Below, one piece after another: positions 37,909-48,433 of a DNA stretch of 64,000 nt (positions within the stretch are counted from its first letter, which is position 1; each line of letters begins with the position of its first letter). This DNA comes from an uncultured Salinisphaerales bacterium (GTDB taxonomy: Bacteria > Pseudomonadota > Gammaproteobacteria > Nevskiales > CAJXLF01). Location: assembly GCA_913055805.1 (NCBI GenBank), contig CAJXLF010000014.1, forward strand, positions 2,326 to 66,325. The letters are read 5' to 3'. Both the position numbers and the translations under genes were made by a program. Below the pieces are notes generated by a model, which did no database searches, was not told the origin of the DNA, and saw only the letters and a list, made by a program, of their open reading frames with translations.

Positions 37909-38748
37909 TCAAGCGGCGCGGCTGCTGCTTTGCTGCTGATGCAGGTGTACGTCCATTTGCGGATAGGGAATGCCGATTCCGGCATCATCCAGCGCAAGCT
38001 TGATGGCTTCGGTCAGGCTCCACAGCGTTGGCCAGTATTCTGAGGTATTCACCCAGGGGCGGCACAGAAGCACGACAGCACTGTCACCCAGCTCGGAAAC
38101 AGCTATGACGGGGGCAGGTTCGGGCAGAATGCGTTGCTCGGCGGCCAGCACGTTCTCAAGAATCTGGCGGGTCTTGCGCAGGTCCGCGTCGTAACTGACC
38201 CCTACCTTCAGATCAATGCGCCGCGTCGGTTCACTGCTGTAGTTCACGATGGCGCCGTCCCAGATGCTGGCGTTGGGGATGTGAACGATCTGGTTGTTGC
38301 CCGTTCGCAAGACGGTTTTCACCATGTGGATTTCCACTACCGTGCCGGATATGCCGCCGGCATCGACGAAGTCGCCGATACGAAACGGCCGGAACATCAC
38401 CAACATGATGCCCGCAGCAAAAGAGGACAGCTGCTTTTGCAGACTGAGTCCTATCGCCAGGGCAGAACCACCAACGATAGCGGCGGCGGCTGTTGTGTCC
38501 ACGCCCAGGTGCCCGAGTGCGGCGATGATGGCGAACACCGCCACGACAGCCTGGGCAATCTTGCCTATGAAGCTGGCCAGGGCCTGGTCCTTGCGTGTGC
38601 GCAGGATCATACGCTGGATCAGGCCATTTACACGGCGGGCTATCCACAGGCCGGCAACGAGAATGAGGGCTGCGATAGCAAGCTTGACCAGAAATGGTTG
38701 CGCCCATTCAAGAAGGGTCGTCATATCGGGTAAGTTTTCGAAGGACAT
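37909..38748 (-). CDS. Small-conductance mechanosensitive channel (MscS family)
   Basis: Three N-terminal TM helices and the MscS beta-domain motif [26 protein letters not shown]. Confidence 0.85.
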   Translation of the reverse strand: MSFENLPDMTTLLEWAQPFLVKLAIAALILVAGLWIARRVNGLIQRMILRTRKDQALASFIGKIAQAVVAVFAIIAALGHLGVDTTAAAAIVGGSALAIGLSLQKQLSSFAAGIMLVMFRPFRIGDFVDAGGISGTVVEIHMVKTVLRTGNNQIVHIPNASIWDGAIVNYSSEPTRRIDLKVGVSYDADLRKTRQILENVLAAEQRILPEPAPVIAVSELGDSAVVLLCRPWVNTSEYWPTLWSLTEAIKLALDDAGIGIPYPQMDVHLHQQQSSSRAA

Positions 38749-38772
38749 GCGAGCTCCTACTCGGCGTATGTG

Positions 38773-39936
38773 CTAATGACCCGGCACACCTTCAGTGCCG
38801 GGTTTGAAACGAAAGATCTGATAGGGGGCATGCGCGGTGATGTTGCCGGGCAGGCGCCCAATGACATGCTGCAGACTGCTGCAGGCAATATAAAGCCAGC
38901 CGTCCGGTCCGAAACTGAAGCCGTCCGGCCAGCGCAGGCGCTCGTCCTTGAGCAGTGTGCGCAGTTCACCCGAGGGGCTCAGGCTCAGCACGGCCGAATG
39001 TTCCAGGTCGGAAATATAGATGTTGCCCTGCCGGTCGACGCTCAGACCGTCGCTCATGGTTTTTTCGGCAAATCGTTCTATGCGGGCATAAAGTTCTTCG
39101 CGGGGCAGTTTGGGATTGAGCAGGTCATCCGTGTGCACCCGATAGAGGAAATTGTTGGTGACTGGAGCGAAATACAGCCACTCTCCTTTGGGGTCGAGCA
39201 CGATGGAATCCACGCCGGGGCGGATGGCTACCAGCCCGAAAGCCTGCATTTTCCTGCCTTGTACCACGGGAATATATTCTTCGGCGACGACGCTTTCATG
39301 ATTTTCCACTGCGCGGCGTGCGTTGCGGTTCTGGACGTCGTAAACAATGAGTCCGGGATTTTTGGCGAAGAAGCTGGCGTCTGCGATGTAGAGGGTCCTG
39401 CCGTTGGGCGCAACCTGGAAGTCATTGAGGTGCGAACCCAGGCCGGCGATGCCGGGCGGGAACACATATTCATGTACTACCCGTCCATCTTCCAGGTCGA
39501 AAGCCAGCAGACGGGCGGCGTCAAACCCATGATGCCCGTTGTCCAGTGTCCAGAGACGGTTGTAGCGATCAATGCGCAGAGACAGGACATTGCGGAAGTA
39601 ACGCGGCTCATAGCGACCGTCTTCGTGTCGACCGGTCTGGAAAGCCAGGTTGGGGAACGGGTGGGGTTGCCCGTCTACCAGTTGTACTACCTTGAGCTCA
39701 GGGCGAGCTTCAGGATGTTGCGTAAAGAAAATGCGGCCGTCGACCGAGACGGCAATATTGCCGGGCGGGTTGTCCAGATTGGCAACCGTTTCCAGAGCAT
39801 CGCCGGACAGGCTTGGCTCGCCGCTGCGATCGGGGAAACTGTCGTCTCCGCCGCCGTAGATGTGGCGCAGGCCTGTGGCTGCGCCGATCACCAGCAGAAT
39901 GAGCAGTATCCCCAGAAACTTCAGTCCCCTAAGCAT
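38773..39936 (-). CDS. Yellow/major-royal-jelly-protein-like (or SMP-30/LRE-like) beta-propeller, membrane-anchored or secreted
   Basis: N-terminal hydrophobic anchor. Motifs NRLWTLDNG, LYIADAS...GLIVYD, LYFAPVTNNFLYRV and QGNIYISD resemble bacterial yellow-family proteins. Confidence 0.55.
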   Translation of the reverse strand: MLRGLKFLGILLILLVIGAATGLRHIYGGGDDSFPDRSGEPSLSGDALETVANLDNPPGNIAVSVDGRIFFTQHPEARPELKVVQLVDGQPHPFPNLAFQTGRHEDGRYEPRYFRNVLSLRIDRYNRLWTLDNGHHGFDAARLLAFDLEDGRVVHEYVFPPGIAGLGSHLNDFQVAPNGRTLYIADASFFAKNPGLIVYDVQNRNARRAVENHESVVAEEYIPVVQGRKMQAFGLVAIRPGVDSIVLDPKGEWLYFAPVTNNFLYRVHTDDLLNPKLPREELYARIERFAEKTMSDGLSVDRQGNIYISDLEHSAVLSLSPSGELRTLLKDERLRWPDGFSFGPDGWLYIACSSLQHVIGRLPGNITAHAPYQIFRFKPGTEGVPGH

Positions 39937-39960
39937 CTTGTCGGCTCAGCCCCCGTATCT

Positions 39961-40617
39961 TCAGTTCGTGGCTTCGTGCTCGCAGACAATGGTTTCGTAT
40001 ACCGGCCGAATGCGGTTAACCAGCAGGCAGAATAGCTTGGCGGTGCGTTCGGTGTCATAGCGCGCAGAGTGTGCAGCCTGACTATCCCATTCCAGTCCGG
40101 CGACTTCAACAGCGCGCGACAGAACCGTCTGCCCCAGCCCAATGCCGGCCAGTGTGGCGGTGTCGAATACACTGAAAGGATGGAAAGGGTTGCGCTTGAT
40201 GCCGCTGCGCTCAACCGCCGCATTCACGAAACCCAGATCGAAATGGGCGTTATGACCCACGAGCACTGCCCGTGTGCAGCCTTGTTCCGAAACCTCTCGC
40301 CGCACTTCCTTGAAGATGCGGTTCAGGGCCTCGCGTTCGTCCAGCGCCGGGCGTAGCGGGTGATGAGGATCTATGCCGTTGACCTCGAGTGCAGCGCGCT
40401 CGATATTGCTGCCTTGGAATGGCGCCACGTGATAATTCATGGTGGTTTTCGGAACCAGATCACCGTTGGCGTTGATTTCCAGGGTTACCGCGGCAATTTC
40501 GAGCAGGGCGTCGGTTTTGGCATTGAATCCGCCGGTTTCCACGTCAATTACGACAGGCAGAAAGCCGCGAAAACGGTGGCGCATGGCTGTGATGGTGCCG
40601 TCGTCGGCGTCGATCAT
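39961..40617 (-). CDS. rnt: Ribonuclease T
   Basis: [18 protein letters not shown]h exonuclease N-terminus. ATG 40617 forms an ATGA overlap with the pyrC stop. Confidence 0.9.
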   Translation of the reverse strand: MIDADDGTITAMRHRFRGFLPVVIDVETGGFNAKTDALLEIAAVTLEINANGDLVPKTTMNYHVAPFQGSNIERAALEVNGIDPHHPLRPALDEREALNRIFKEVRREVSEQGCTRAVLVGHNAHFDLGFVNAAVERSGIKRNPFHPFSVFDTATLAGIGLGQTVLSRAVEVAGLEWDSQAAHSARYDTERTAKLFCLLVNRIRPVYETIVCEHEATN

Positions 40618-41654
40618 TGAATATCCTGAAGCCGCCAAGGCAGCTGTTGTCCGGCGTGCAAGGGTACGATGCTGCCGCCAGCGTAGGGGAATTCGCCGGG
40701 CACTGTCCATGACTCTTTCAATAGCGTGATCTGGCTGGTGTTGCGAGGCAGGCCGTAGAAATCGGCCCCATGATGGCTGGCGAAGGCTTCGAGCCGGTCC
40801 AGCGCACCGACGCTCTCAAAGGCGGTGGCATAGAGTTCCAGCGCGGCAGGGGCTGAAAAGCAACCGGCGCAGCCGCAGTCGCTTTCCTTGTCATGCCGGG
40901 CATGCGGAGCACTGTCGGTGCCGAGGAAGAATTTCGCGCTGCCGCTGGTGGCAGCCGCCAGTACGGCTTCCCTGTGTTGTTCCCGTTTGAGAACGGGAAG
41001 GCAGTAATGGTGCGGCCGCAGCCCGCCGCTGAACAGGGCGCCTCGATTCAGCAGGCAATGCTGCGGCGTGATGGTGGCGGCCACGTTATCGGCAGCGCCG
41101 GAGACAAAATCGACGGCCTGACGGGTGGTAATGTGCTCCAGCACCAGTTTCAGGCCGGGGACATCGGCAATCAGCGGCTTAAGTATCTGTTCTATAAACA
41201 GGGCTTCACGATCGAAGGGGTCGACATCGCTACCGGTGACTTCGCCATGTATCTGGAACACCATGCCACGTTCTGCCATGCGTTCCAGCACCGGGTAGCA
41301 GCGCCTGAGGTCGGTCACGCCGGCATCCGAGTTGGTGGTGGCGCCGGCCGGATAGAGCTTTACCCCGTATATCAGGCCCGAGTCCATGGCGCGGTCGATT
41401 TCGTCAGGCGCAGTGTTGTCGGTGAGATACAGCGTCATCAGCGGTTCGAATGCCATGCCGGCGGGAAGTGCCTGAAGAATCCGCTGCCGGTATTCCAGCG
41501 CTTGCGCAGTACGGGTAACCGGTGGCTTCAGATTGGGCATGATGATGGCGCGTGCGAACTGGCGGGCAGTGTGGGGAAGCGCAGCAGACAGCGCTGCACC
41601 GTCCCGAACATGCAGATGCCAGTCGTCCGGGCGTGTCATGGTTAAGCTTTGCAT
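40614..41654 (-). CDS. pyrC: Dihydroorotase (homodimeric type)
   Basis: [12 protein letters not shown]...IMPNLKPPV closely parallels E. coli PyrC. Confidence 0.9.
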   Translation of the reverse strand: MQSLTMTRPDDWHLHVRDGAALSAALPHTARQFARAIIMPNLKPPVTRTAQALEYRQRILQALPAGMAFEPLMTLYLTDNTAPDEIDRAMDSGLIYGVKLYPAGATTNSDAGVTDLRRCYPVLERMAERGMVFQIHGEVTGSDVDPFDREALFIEQILKPLIADVPGLKLVLEHITTRQAVDFVSGAADNVAATITPQHCLLNRGALFSGGLRPHHYCLPVLKREQHREAVLAAATSGSAKFFLGTDSAPHARHDKESDCGCAGCFSAPAALELYATAFESVGALDRLEAFASHHGADFYGLPRNTSQITLLKESWTVPGEFPYAGGSIVPLHAGQQLPWRLQDIQ

Positions 41655-41726
41655 AGGCCCACATTATGCCATGCCGTATAATGCGTTCTTTAGCCATTCA
41701 GAAATTTCCCTTTATTTTTCTCTTAT

Positions 41727-42935
41727 ATGACGGACGTTAAGAAAGTCGTGCTCGCCTATTCCGGCGGCCTGGATACCTCAGTCATTCTCAAATGGTTGCA
41801 GGATGTATATGCCTGCGAGGTAGTGACCTTTACTGCAGATATCGGCCAGGGTGAAGAACTGGATCATGTGCGCCCCAAGGCGGAAGCGCTGGGTGTGGAG
41901 GAAATCTTCATCGACGATTTGCGCGAGGAATTCGTACGGGATTTCGTGTTCCCGATGTTTCGCGCCAATGCGATCTATGAAGGTGAATACCTGCTGGGCA
42001 CCTCCATAGCCCGGCCGCTGATCGCCAAGCGCCTGGTGGAAATCGCCGGCCAGACCGGTGCCGACGCAGTTTCCCACGGCGCCACTGGCAAGGGTAACGA
42101 CCAGGTGCGCTTTGAATTGGGCGCCTATGCCCTCATGCCGGGCGTGAAAGTGATTGCACCCTGGCGGGAATGGGACCTCAATTCCCGCGAGAAGCTGCTG
42201 GCCTATGCCGAACAGCACGATATTCCGATTCAGAAGCAGGGCAAGAAGAGTCCCTATTCTATGGACGCCAACGCCCTGCATATTTCCTACGAGGGCGGCG
42301 TTCTCGAAGACCCCTGGGCCGAGGCCGAGGAAGATATGTGGCGCTGGAGTGTATCGCCCGAGCAGGCGCCTGATCAGCCGCGCTATCTGGAACTGAGCTA
42401 TGAGCAGGGTGATGTGGTCGCCATTGATGGCGAGCGCATGACACCCTATCAGGTGCTGGATTCGCTGAACCGCATCGGCGGCGAAAACGGGATCGGCCGG
42501 CTGGATATCGTGGAAAACCGTTACGTGGGTATCAAGTCGCGCGGTTGTTATGAAACGCCGGGTGGCACCATCCTGCTCAGGGCGCATCGCGCCATTGAGT
42601 CCATCACGCTGGACCGTGAGGTGGCGCACCTCAAGGATGAGCTGATGCCGCGTTATGCAAGCATGATCTATAACGGTTACTGGTGGAGCCCGGAGCGCAA
42701 CGCGTTGCAGACACTCATTGACGAAACCCAGAAACCCGTGAATGGTGAAGTGCGCCTGAAGCTGTACAAGGGCAATGTCAGCGTGGTCGGTCGCAAGTCG
42801 GCTTCCGACAGTCTGTTTGATGCCTCGATTGCGACCTTCGAAGACGATGCCGGCGCTTACAACCAGGCCGATGCTGACGGTTTTATCAAGCTCAACGCCC
42901 TGCGTCTGAAGCTGGCGGCCCGGCGTGGCCGGTAA
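41727..42935 (+). CDS. argG: Argininosuccinate synthase
   Basis: [15 protein letters not shown]-binding motif. 402 aa. Confidence 0.95.
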   Translation: MTDVKKVVLAYSGGLDTSVILKWLQDVYACEVVTFTADIGQGEELDHVRPKAEALGVEEIFIDDLREEFVRDFVFPMFRANAIYEGEYLLGTSIARPLIAKRLVEIAGQTGADAVSHGATGKGNDQVRFELGAYALMPGVKVIAPWREWDLNSREKLLAYAEQHDIPIQKQGKKSPYSMDANALHISYEGGVLEDPWAEAEEDMWRWSVSPEQAPDQPRYLELSYEQGDVVAIDGERMTPYQVLDSLNRIGGENGIGRLDIVENRYVGIKSRGCYETPGGTILLRAHRAIESITLDREVAHLKDELMPRYASMIYNGYWWSPERNALQTLIDETQKPVNGEVRLKLYKGNVSVVGRKSASDSLFDASIATFEDDAGAYNQADADGFIKLNALRLKLAARRGR

Positions 42936-42944
42936 ACGCCCTGC

Positions 42945-43166
42945 ATGACGACCGAGAAACGCCTGGATGAACTGGAGAGCCGGCTGGCTTTCCAGGATGA
43001 GACTATCCGGGTGCTCAATGACACGGTAGCCGCCCAGGATCAGCAGCTGTTGAGTATGCAGGCGGAACTAAAGTGGGTGAAGGCGCGTCTTACTGAGCTT
43101 GTGCGCAGTATGGCGGATTCTCCCGTGGCGTCGGAATCCGAGGAAACCCTGCCGCCACATTATTAA
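42945..43166 (+). CDS. slyX: SlyX family protein
   Basis: 73 aa coiled coil, RLDELESRLAFQDETIRVLNDTV. Confidence 0.75.
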   Translation: MTTEKRLDELESRLAFQDETIRVLNDTVAAQDQQLLSMQAELKWVKARLTELVRSMADSPVASESEETLPPHY

Positions 43167-43290
43167 GGGCCGCTCTGGCAGGCTGAGTCAGCAACGTCAT
43201 CTGCCGGCATAGTGTGAACAGGCCCTGAGGTGTACACTGGCCGCCTTCCGAGGAGCCGGTTTAATTCTGATTTTGATAAAGGATCAAACA

Positions 43291-44061
43291 ATGAGATTAC
43301 GTTTTTTGATGCTCGTGCCAGCCGCCGCGGTGCTTGCCGCCTGCGGAGGAAGTGAGGGGCAAGGGCAGAAAGTGAGCAGCCTGGACTCATTCGAGCAGAA
43401 GTACAGCTATGCGCTGGGCCAGGACATTGGCAGTTCGCTCTCCAACCTGCCCATGCAGGTGGAAATGGATTACCTCGTGCAGGGTCTGCGTGACGCCAGT
43501 GCGGGGGATGCAACCCTGCTGAGCGAGGAAGATGCCCGTCAGGTATTGCAGGAATTCACCCAGAAGGCGCAGGCAGCCCAGTTGGAGCAGCGTCAGACCC
43601 AGGCGGCCGACAATCTGGCTGATGGTGAGAAGTATCGTGAAGAAAACGCTGCCCGCGAAGGTGTAACCACAACTGAAAGCGGTTTGCAGATCGAGACCCT
43701 GGCAGCCGCCGAAGGCCCACAGCCGACGGTCGAAGACCGGGTGAGCGTGCATTACACCGGTACTCTGATCGACGGTACCAAGTTCGACAGCTCGGTAGAT
43801 CGCGGCCAGCCGGCCACTTTCCCGCTGAATGGCGTGATCAAAGGCTGGACCGAAGGCCTGCAGCTGATGAATGTGGGCGGTAAATATCGCCTGGTGATTC
43901 CGCCGGAACTCGGTTATGGCGCCAGCGGCGCGGGTCAGAAGATTGGCCCGAATGCGACGCTGGTTTTCGAAATCGAACTGCTGTCTATCGAAGGCCAGGG
44001 CGATGCCGAAGCGGACGAGGCGGAAGCTGAGGAAGCTCCGGAAGAAGAGACCGAAGAGTAA
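43291..44061 (+). CDS. FKBP-type peptidyl-prolyl isomerase lipoprotein (FkpA/FklB/Mip-like) with acidic tail
   Basis: Lipobox LAAC, N-terminal dimerisation helix, and FKBP core VHYTGTLIDGTKFDSS...GWTEGLQLM...LVFEIELL. AAGGA SD upstream of ATG 43291. Confidence 0.85.
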   Translation: MRLRFLMLVPAAAVLAACGGSEGQGQKVSSLDSFEQKYSYALGQDIGSSLSNLPMQVEMDYLVQGLRDASAGDATLLSEEDARQVLQEFTQKAQAAQLEQRQTQAADNLADGEKYREENAAREGVTTTESGLQIETLAAAEGPQPTVEDRVSVHYTGTLIDGTKFDSSVDRGQPATFPLNGVIKGWTEGLQLMNVGGKYRLVIPPELGYGASGAGQKIGPNATLVFEIELLSIEGQGDAEADEAEAEEAPEEETEE

Positions 44062-44063
44062 AC

Positions 44064-45125
44064 ATGTTACGGCGGGTTACTGCCGTACTGTTGATATCGA
44101 CAGCCGCCCAGTTTCTGGGCGGCTGTTCTTTTTTGGACCGCAGCATCGGTTATTACACACAGAGTGCTTTCGGGCATCTTGATCTGATGCGTCGCAGCCG
44201 GCCCATCGATGACTGGCTGGCTGATGCGCAGACCAGCGGCGAGTTAAGGCAGCAGCTTGAGCGTGTTCTGGCAATGCGGGAATTTGCCGTTGCTTCTCTG
44301 TCATTGCCCGATAACGGCAGTTATCTGGACTATGCGGACCTTGGACGCGAACATGTGGTATGGAATGTGTTCGCCACTCCTGAACTTTCCCTGGAACCCG
44401 TCAAGTCCTGTTTTCCGGTGGTCGGCTGTCTGAGTTACCGGGGTTACTTTGAGCAGGCGGATGCCGAGCGTGAGGCTGAGCGATTACGTGCCTTGGGTCA
44501 TGACGTGTTCGTCGGTGGCGTCTCGGCCTATTCGACGCTGGGCTGGTTTGCCGATCCTGTACTGAACACCATGCTGCGCTGGTCGGAGCCGAGGTTGGCC
44601 AGTGTGCTGTTTCACGAAATGGCCCATCAGAAGGTTTACCTGGACGACGATAGCGCCTTCAATGAGGCTTTTGCCACGGCCGTAGGGGATATCGGCGTCA
44701 CGCGCTGGCTGGAGGCAAACGGGCAGGCGCAGCGACTGCAGAGCTGGCGTGAATACAAAGCGCGTAAAACCGATTTTATAGAGTTGGTGAATGAGACGGC
44801 CGGGCGCCTGCGACGGCTCTATGCGCGCCAGGCGGATGTCCAGGCACTGCGTGCCGCCAAGAAAGAGATCCTGGAGGATATGCGGCGCCGGTATTATGCG
44901 ATGCGTGACGGAGACTGGGCCGGTTACAACGGTTATGACGAATGGTTTACCCAGGTGAACAACGCTCGTATTGCCGCGGTGTCCACATACCATGAGTGGG
45001 TGCCGGCTTTTCTCAACCTGCTCGATGCGAATGGCGGTGATCTGCAGGCCTTTTATCAGGCTTGTACGCAGGCCGGGGCGTTATCCCCGGAGCAGCGTCG
45101 CGTCTGGCTCAGGCAATATCTCTAA
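44064..45125 (+). CDS. Putative zinc aminopeptidase lipoprotein (DUF2265-like)
   Basis: Lipobox LGGC and the HEMAHQ zinc motif. Confidence 0.65.
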   Translation: MLRRVTAVLLISTAAQFLGGCSFLDRSIGYYTQSAFGHLDLMRRSRPIDDWLADAQTSGELRQQLERVLAMREFAVASLSLPDNGSYLDYADLGREHVVWNVFATPELSLEPVKSCFPVVGCLSYRGYFEQADAEREAERLRALGHDVFVGGVSAYSTLGWFADPVLNTMLRWSEPRLASVLFHEMAHQKVYLDDDSAFNEAFATAVGDIGVTRWLEANGQAQRLQSWREYKARKTDFIELVNETAGRLRRLYARQADVQALRAAKKEILEDMRRRYYAMRDGDWAGYNGYDEWFTQVNNARIAAVSTYHEWVPAFLNLLDANGGDLQAFYQACTQAGALSPEQRRVWLRQYL

Positions 45126-46366
45126 TGGGCACCGGGACTTAACCCGGCCATTGTTCCGGACGGGGGCTGAGCGCCATGCAGGCGTATTAACAGCCGATGC
45201 CCGACTTTATCATCCCAGTTGAAGCTGTTTTGCAGCACCACCACGGCGTGCTGGTTGTCCATATCCAGTCCGAGATAACTGCTGTAGCCCGCCACGAAGC
45301 CGATCGCATAGTGAATTTTCTGTTCGCCGATACGGTCCTGCTCCCAATCAATGGCCTGAAAAGAATGATCTTCACGTTCAAGCCGTACCCGCAGGCTGTC
45401 CGCAAAGGCGTTTTTCAGTTCTGCACTCGGGGCAGCAAAATGCGCTTTGGCGAATGTCAGTATGTCCTGTCCGGTGGCATGCATTGCGCCTGTTGCACGC
45501 ATGATCGGGGTGAAGTCCCAGTCGGGAACGGGATCGCCACGCTTGATAAATCCCGGCTGGTCGCCGGCATAACCGCGCGCTCGGTGCAGTTCATCGGGCA
45601 GGGCCGAGAGCGAAAGAGCCGTGTTGTGCAGCGCCAGCGGAGTGAAAAGATTTTCTTCCAGCAGGTCTTCCAGGGATTGACCACTACGCAGTTCGAGAAT
45701 GTGTCCCAGCAAGGCGAAGCCAAAATTGGAGTAGGTATAGCCGGGTGGGCCCAGTGCCTCGAAATGACTCAGAAAGCTGTATAGATAATCCTGATCAAAG
45801 TGGTCGTAAAAGCTTTCGCCAGTGAACAGGTAGCGGACAAAATAGGAAAACGTCTGTACGGTCATTGGCTGGCGCGGCAGGCCTGAGGTGTGAGTGGCCA
45901 GTTGCTCCAGGGTGATGCTGGCAGCATCTTCGCTGAGCGCTGTACCCTCAGGTAACAGTTCGTCGAGTCGATCATCCCAGTTGAGCAAGCCGCGTTGGAC
46001 AAAGAGACTGACCAGACTGCCGGTATAGAGTTTGGTCAGCGAGCCAATGGGAAAGACAGTCTGTGCATCCGGTGGGGCGTCAATCCGTTTGTCGTAGATG
46101 CCATAACCGTAGAAACGCATCCCCGTACCGGACGTATAAACTCCGACCAGCAGTCCCGGTGTGATGCCATTGTCAACCAGTGGGGCGGCCAGTTCGTTCA
46201 CCTCTTGCCGCAGGCTGGCGGCGTCACTGATGGGTGAGGTGTGCTTCGGAACGTCGATGTGGCGACTGGAAAGCGTGATGCAGGCGCTTAGCCAAAGGCA
46301 TAGCGCCGTGCAGATCATGGACTGTCCCGCTCGAATAATGGTGTTCAGGGTCTTGGACAAGGACAT
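45122..46366 (-). CDS. Serine hydrolase of the beta-lactamase/PBP (class C/AmpH-like) family, lipoprotein
   Basis: Lipobox LSAC, SxxK (SLTK) and YxN (YSN) motifs. GGGAGCG SD upstream of ATG 46366. The 3' end overlaps the convergent gene by 4 nt. Confidence 0.75.
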   Translation of the reverse strand: MSLSKTLNTIIRAGQSMICTALCLWLSACITLSSRHIDVPKHTSPISDAASLRQEVNELAAPLVDNGITPGLLVGVYTSGTGMRFYGYGIYDKRIDAPPDAQTVFPIGSLTKLYTGSLVSLFVQRGLLNWDDRLDELLPEGTALSEDAASITLEQLATHTSGLPRQPMTVQTFSYFVRYLFTGESFYDHFDQDYLYSFLSHFEALGPPGYTYSNFGFALLGHILELRSGQSLEDLLEENLFTPLALHNTALSLSALPDELHRARGYAGDQPGFIKRGDPVPDWDFTPIMRATGAMHATGQDILTFAKAHFAAPSAELKNAFADSLRVRLEREDHSFQAIDWEQDRIGEQKIHYAIGFVAGYSSYLGLDMDNQHAVVVLQNSFNWDDKVGHRLLIRLHGAQPPSGTMAGLSPGAH

Positions 46367-46507
46367 CTGCAATCGCTCCCGCTCCTTTTTATTCTCTGAA
46401 GAGCGCATTCTAGTGCGCTATCGATTCAGAACACCACCGCAGTCCTGCGACTGCTTGCGGCAAGCGGCATTCATTACCAGGGGGTGCTTGGCGTAAACTC
46501 CACATCC

Positions 46508-48433
46508 ATGTCACAAGAAAAAAACATTGATTCTGCACAGAGCCCACGTCAATTGAGTTGGCGGGCGGTATTGCTGGGTATCCTGCTGTCCATGCTGCTG
46601 GCTGCCGCCAATGCCTATCTGGGGCTGTTTGCCGGCCTGACCGTTTCCGCATCCATTCCCGCGGCCGTGGTGTCCATGGCCATTCTGCGCTGGTTCCGTA
46701 CCTCGGGGGTGCTGGAAAACAATATTGTGCAGACCGCGGCGTCAGCGGGTGAGGCCATCGCAGCGGGCGCCATTTTTACCTTACCGGCACTGATCCTGCT
46801 CGATTACTGGGTGGATTTCGAATATCTCTGGGTGGTCTTTCTCTGTGGAGTTGGTGGTTTGCTGGGGGTGCTGATGACCGTGCCATTGCGGCATGCATTG
46901 GTGGACGAAGCGAAGCTGCCGTTTCCGGAGGGGCAGGCCACCGCCGCCGTGCTCAAGGCGGGACACGGCGAACTGGAGCATGCGTCCGGCGGTTATCAGG
47001 CGCGTGAAGGTATGCGCCTGTTGTTGCTGGGCGCACTGGTGGCGGCAGCCGCCAAACTGGCAACCGGTGGATTGAAGCTCTGGCAGGGTATCGCCGGCGT
47101 GGGCGTTTCGGCGGGTGGTGCGGTGACCTATCTGGGCGCGAATCTGTCACCGGCCTTGCTGGCGGTAGGTTATATCGTGGGCCTGAATGTTGCCCTGCTG
47201 GTGTTTGCCGGTGGCGTAATTACCTGGCTGGTGGCGGTACCGCTGTATGCCTGGTGGGTGGGAGTGGAACCCGGGGGCGATCCTGCTGCGGTAGCCATGC
47301 AGCTGTGGAGTACAAAACTGCGATTCATGGGTGTGGGCGCCATGCTGGTAGGTGGTCTGTGGGCACTGTGGAGTATGAGGGCCACACTCACGGGTGGATT
47401 GCGCGGCATGGCCGACAGGGCCGGGACCGCGGCTGACGACCTGCCGCCGTCGCTGCTGCTGAGTATGACTGCGTTGCTGACGGGCGCCATGCTGATTTAT
47501 TACACAGGCCTGTTGCCGAGCGTCTGGATAGCCGCGCCGCTGACGCTGGTCATGCTGCTGGCGGCTTTTCTCTTTTCAGCCGTGGCAGCCTACATGGCCG
47601 GCCTGGTCGGATCCTCCAATAATCCGATATCGGGTGTCACTATCGCCACCATCCTGCTGACTGCTCTCGGGCTCAAGCTGCTTGTGGGGCCGGGTGAGAC
47701 AGGCCCGGTGGCGGCAGTGCTGGTAGGGGCGGTCGTGTGCTGCGCGGCGGCTATCGGCGGTGACAATCTGCAGGACCTGAAGGCGGGTGCGTTGCTGGGC
47801 GCCACGCCCTGGAAACAGCAGTTGGCCCAAATGATCGGGGTCGTCAGTGCAGTGCTGGTGCTGGCGCCAGTCATGTCATTGTTGCTGCATGCCTACGGCA
47901 TCGGCGTGCCGGATGCCGAGCATCCCGAGCCTTTGCCTGCGCCGCAGGCTACCCTGATGGCGGCGGTTGCCGGAGGTGTGTTCGGCGAAGACATGCCCTG
48001 GGACCTGATAGCTGTCGGGGCGTTGATAGCTGTCCTGGTTGTGTGTGTGGACGAGTGGTTGCGTCGCCGGCAAAGCAATGTGCGGGCGCCGGTACTGGCC
48101 GTGGCGGTCGGCATTTATTTGCCCCTGAAGTATTCAGTGCCCATTGCGGTGGGTGGTTTGGCTGCCTATTGGGCCAAACGCCGCCTGGGCGGGGAGCAGG
48201 GCCGCCTGGGTATTCTGCTGGCAGCGGGTCTGATCACCGGTGAGGCGCTCATGGGCATCGCCCTGGCTGTGCCTATCGTGCTCAGTGGCAGCAATGATGT
48301 GCTCAGCCTGCTTGAGCCGGCCCTGACCGAGGCCATTGGCGCCTGGCCGGCGTTTCTTTTGTTTGTGGCGCTGTGTGTGTGGTTGGGCAGGATTCTTCCT
48401 CAGGCCGAGGCGTATTACAGGAACCGTCCATGA
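46508..48433 (+). CDS. OPT-family oligopeptide transporter
   Basis: 641 aa, highly polytopic. The N-terminus ...LSWRAVLLGILLSMLLAAANAYLGLFAGLTVSASIPAAV is typical of bacterial OPT proteins. Confidence 0.8.
   Translation: MSQEKNIDSAQSPRQLSWRAVLLGILLSMLLAAANAYLGLFAGLTVSASIPAAVVSMAILRWFRTSGVLENNIVQTAASAGEAIAAGAIFTLPALILLDYWVDFEYLWVVFLCGVGGLLGVLMTVPLRHALVDEAKLPFPEGQATAAVLKAGHGELEHASGGYQAREGMRLLLLGALVAAAAKLATGGLKLWQGIAGVGVSAGGAVTYLGANLSPALLAVGYIVGLNVALLVFAGGVITWLVAVPLYAWWVGVEPGGDPAAVAMQLWSTKLRFMGVGAMLVGGLWALWSMRATLTGGLRGMADRAGTAADDLPPSLLLSMTALLTGAMLIYYTGLLPSVWIAAPLTLVMLLAAFLFSAVAAYMAGLVGSSNNPISGVTIATILLTALGLKLLVGPGETGPVAAVLVGAVVCCAAAIGGDNLQDLKAGALLGATPWKQQLAQMIGVVSAVLVLAPVMSLLLHAYGIGVPDAEHPEPLPAPQATLMAAVAGGVFGEDMPWDLIAVGALIAVLVVCVDEWLRRRQSNVRAPVLAVAVGIYLPLKYSVPIAVGGLAAYWAKRRLGGEQGRLGILLAAGLITGEALMGIALAVPIVLSGSNDVLSLLEPALTEAIGAWPAFLLFVALCVWLGRILPQAEAYYRNRP

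Noticed and set aside
38770-40035. 421-aa plus-strand ORF covering the whole yellow-like gene region.
   Set aside because: The minus-strand frame has a signal anchor, family-like motifs and a start abutting rnt. The plus-strand translation has no recognisable features and would overlap the rnt 3' end.
41655-41726. Possible ARG box / ArgR operator in the pyrC-argG divergent region (ATTCAGAAATTTCC).
   Set aside because: Only a half-site-like match, with no convincing palindrome. A TATAAT at ~41674-41679 is noted but is not enough to call regulation.
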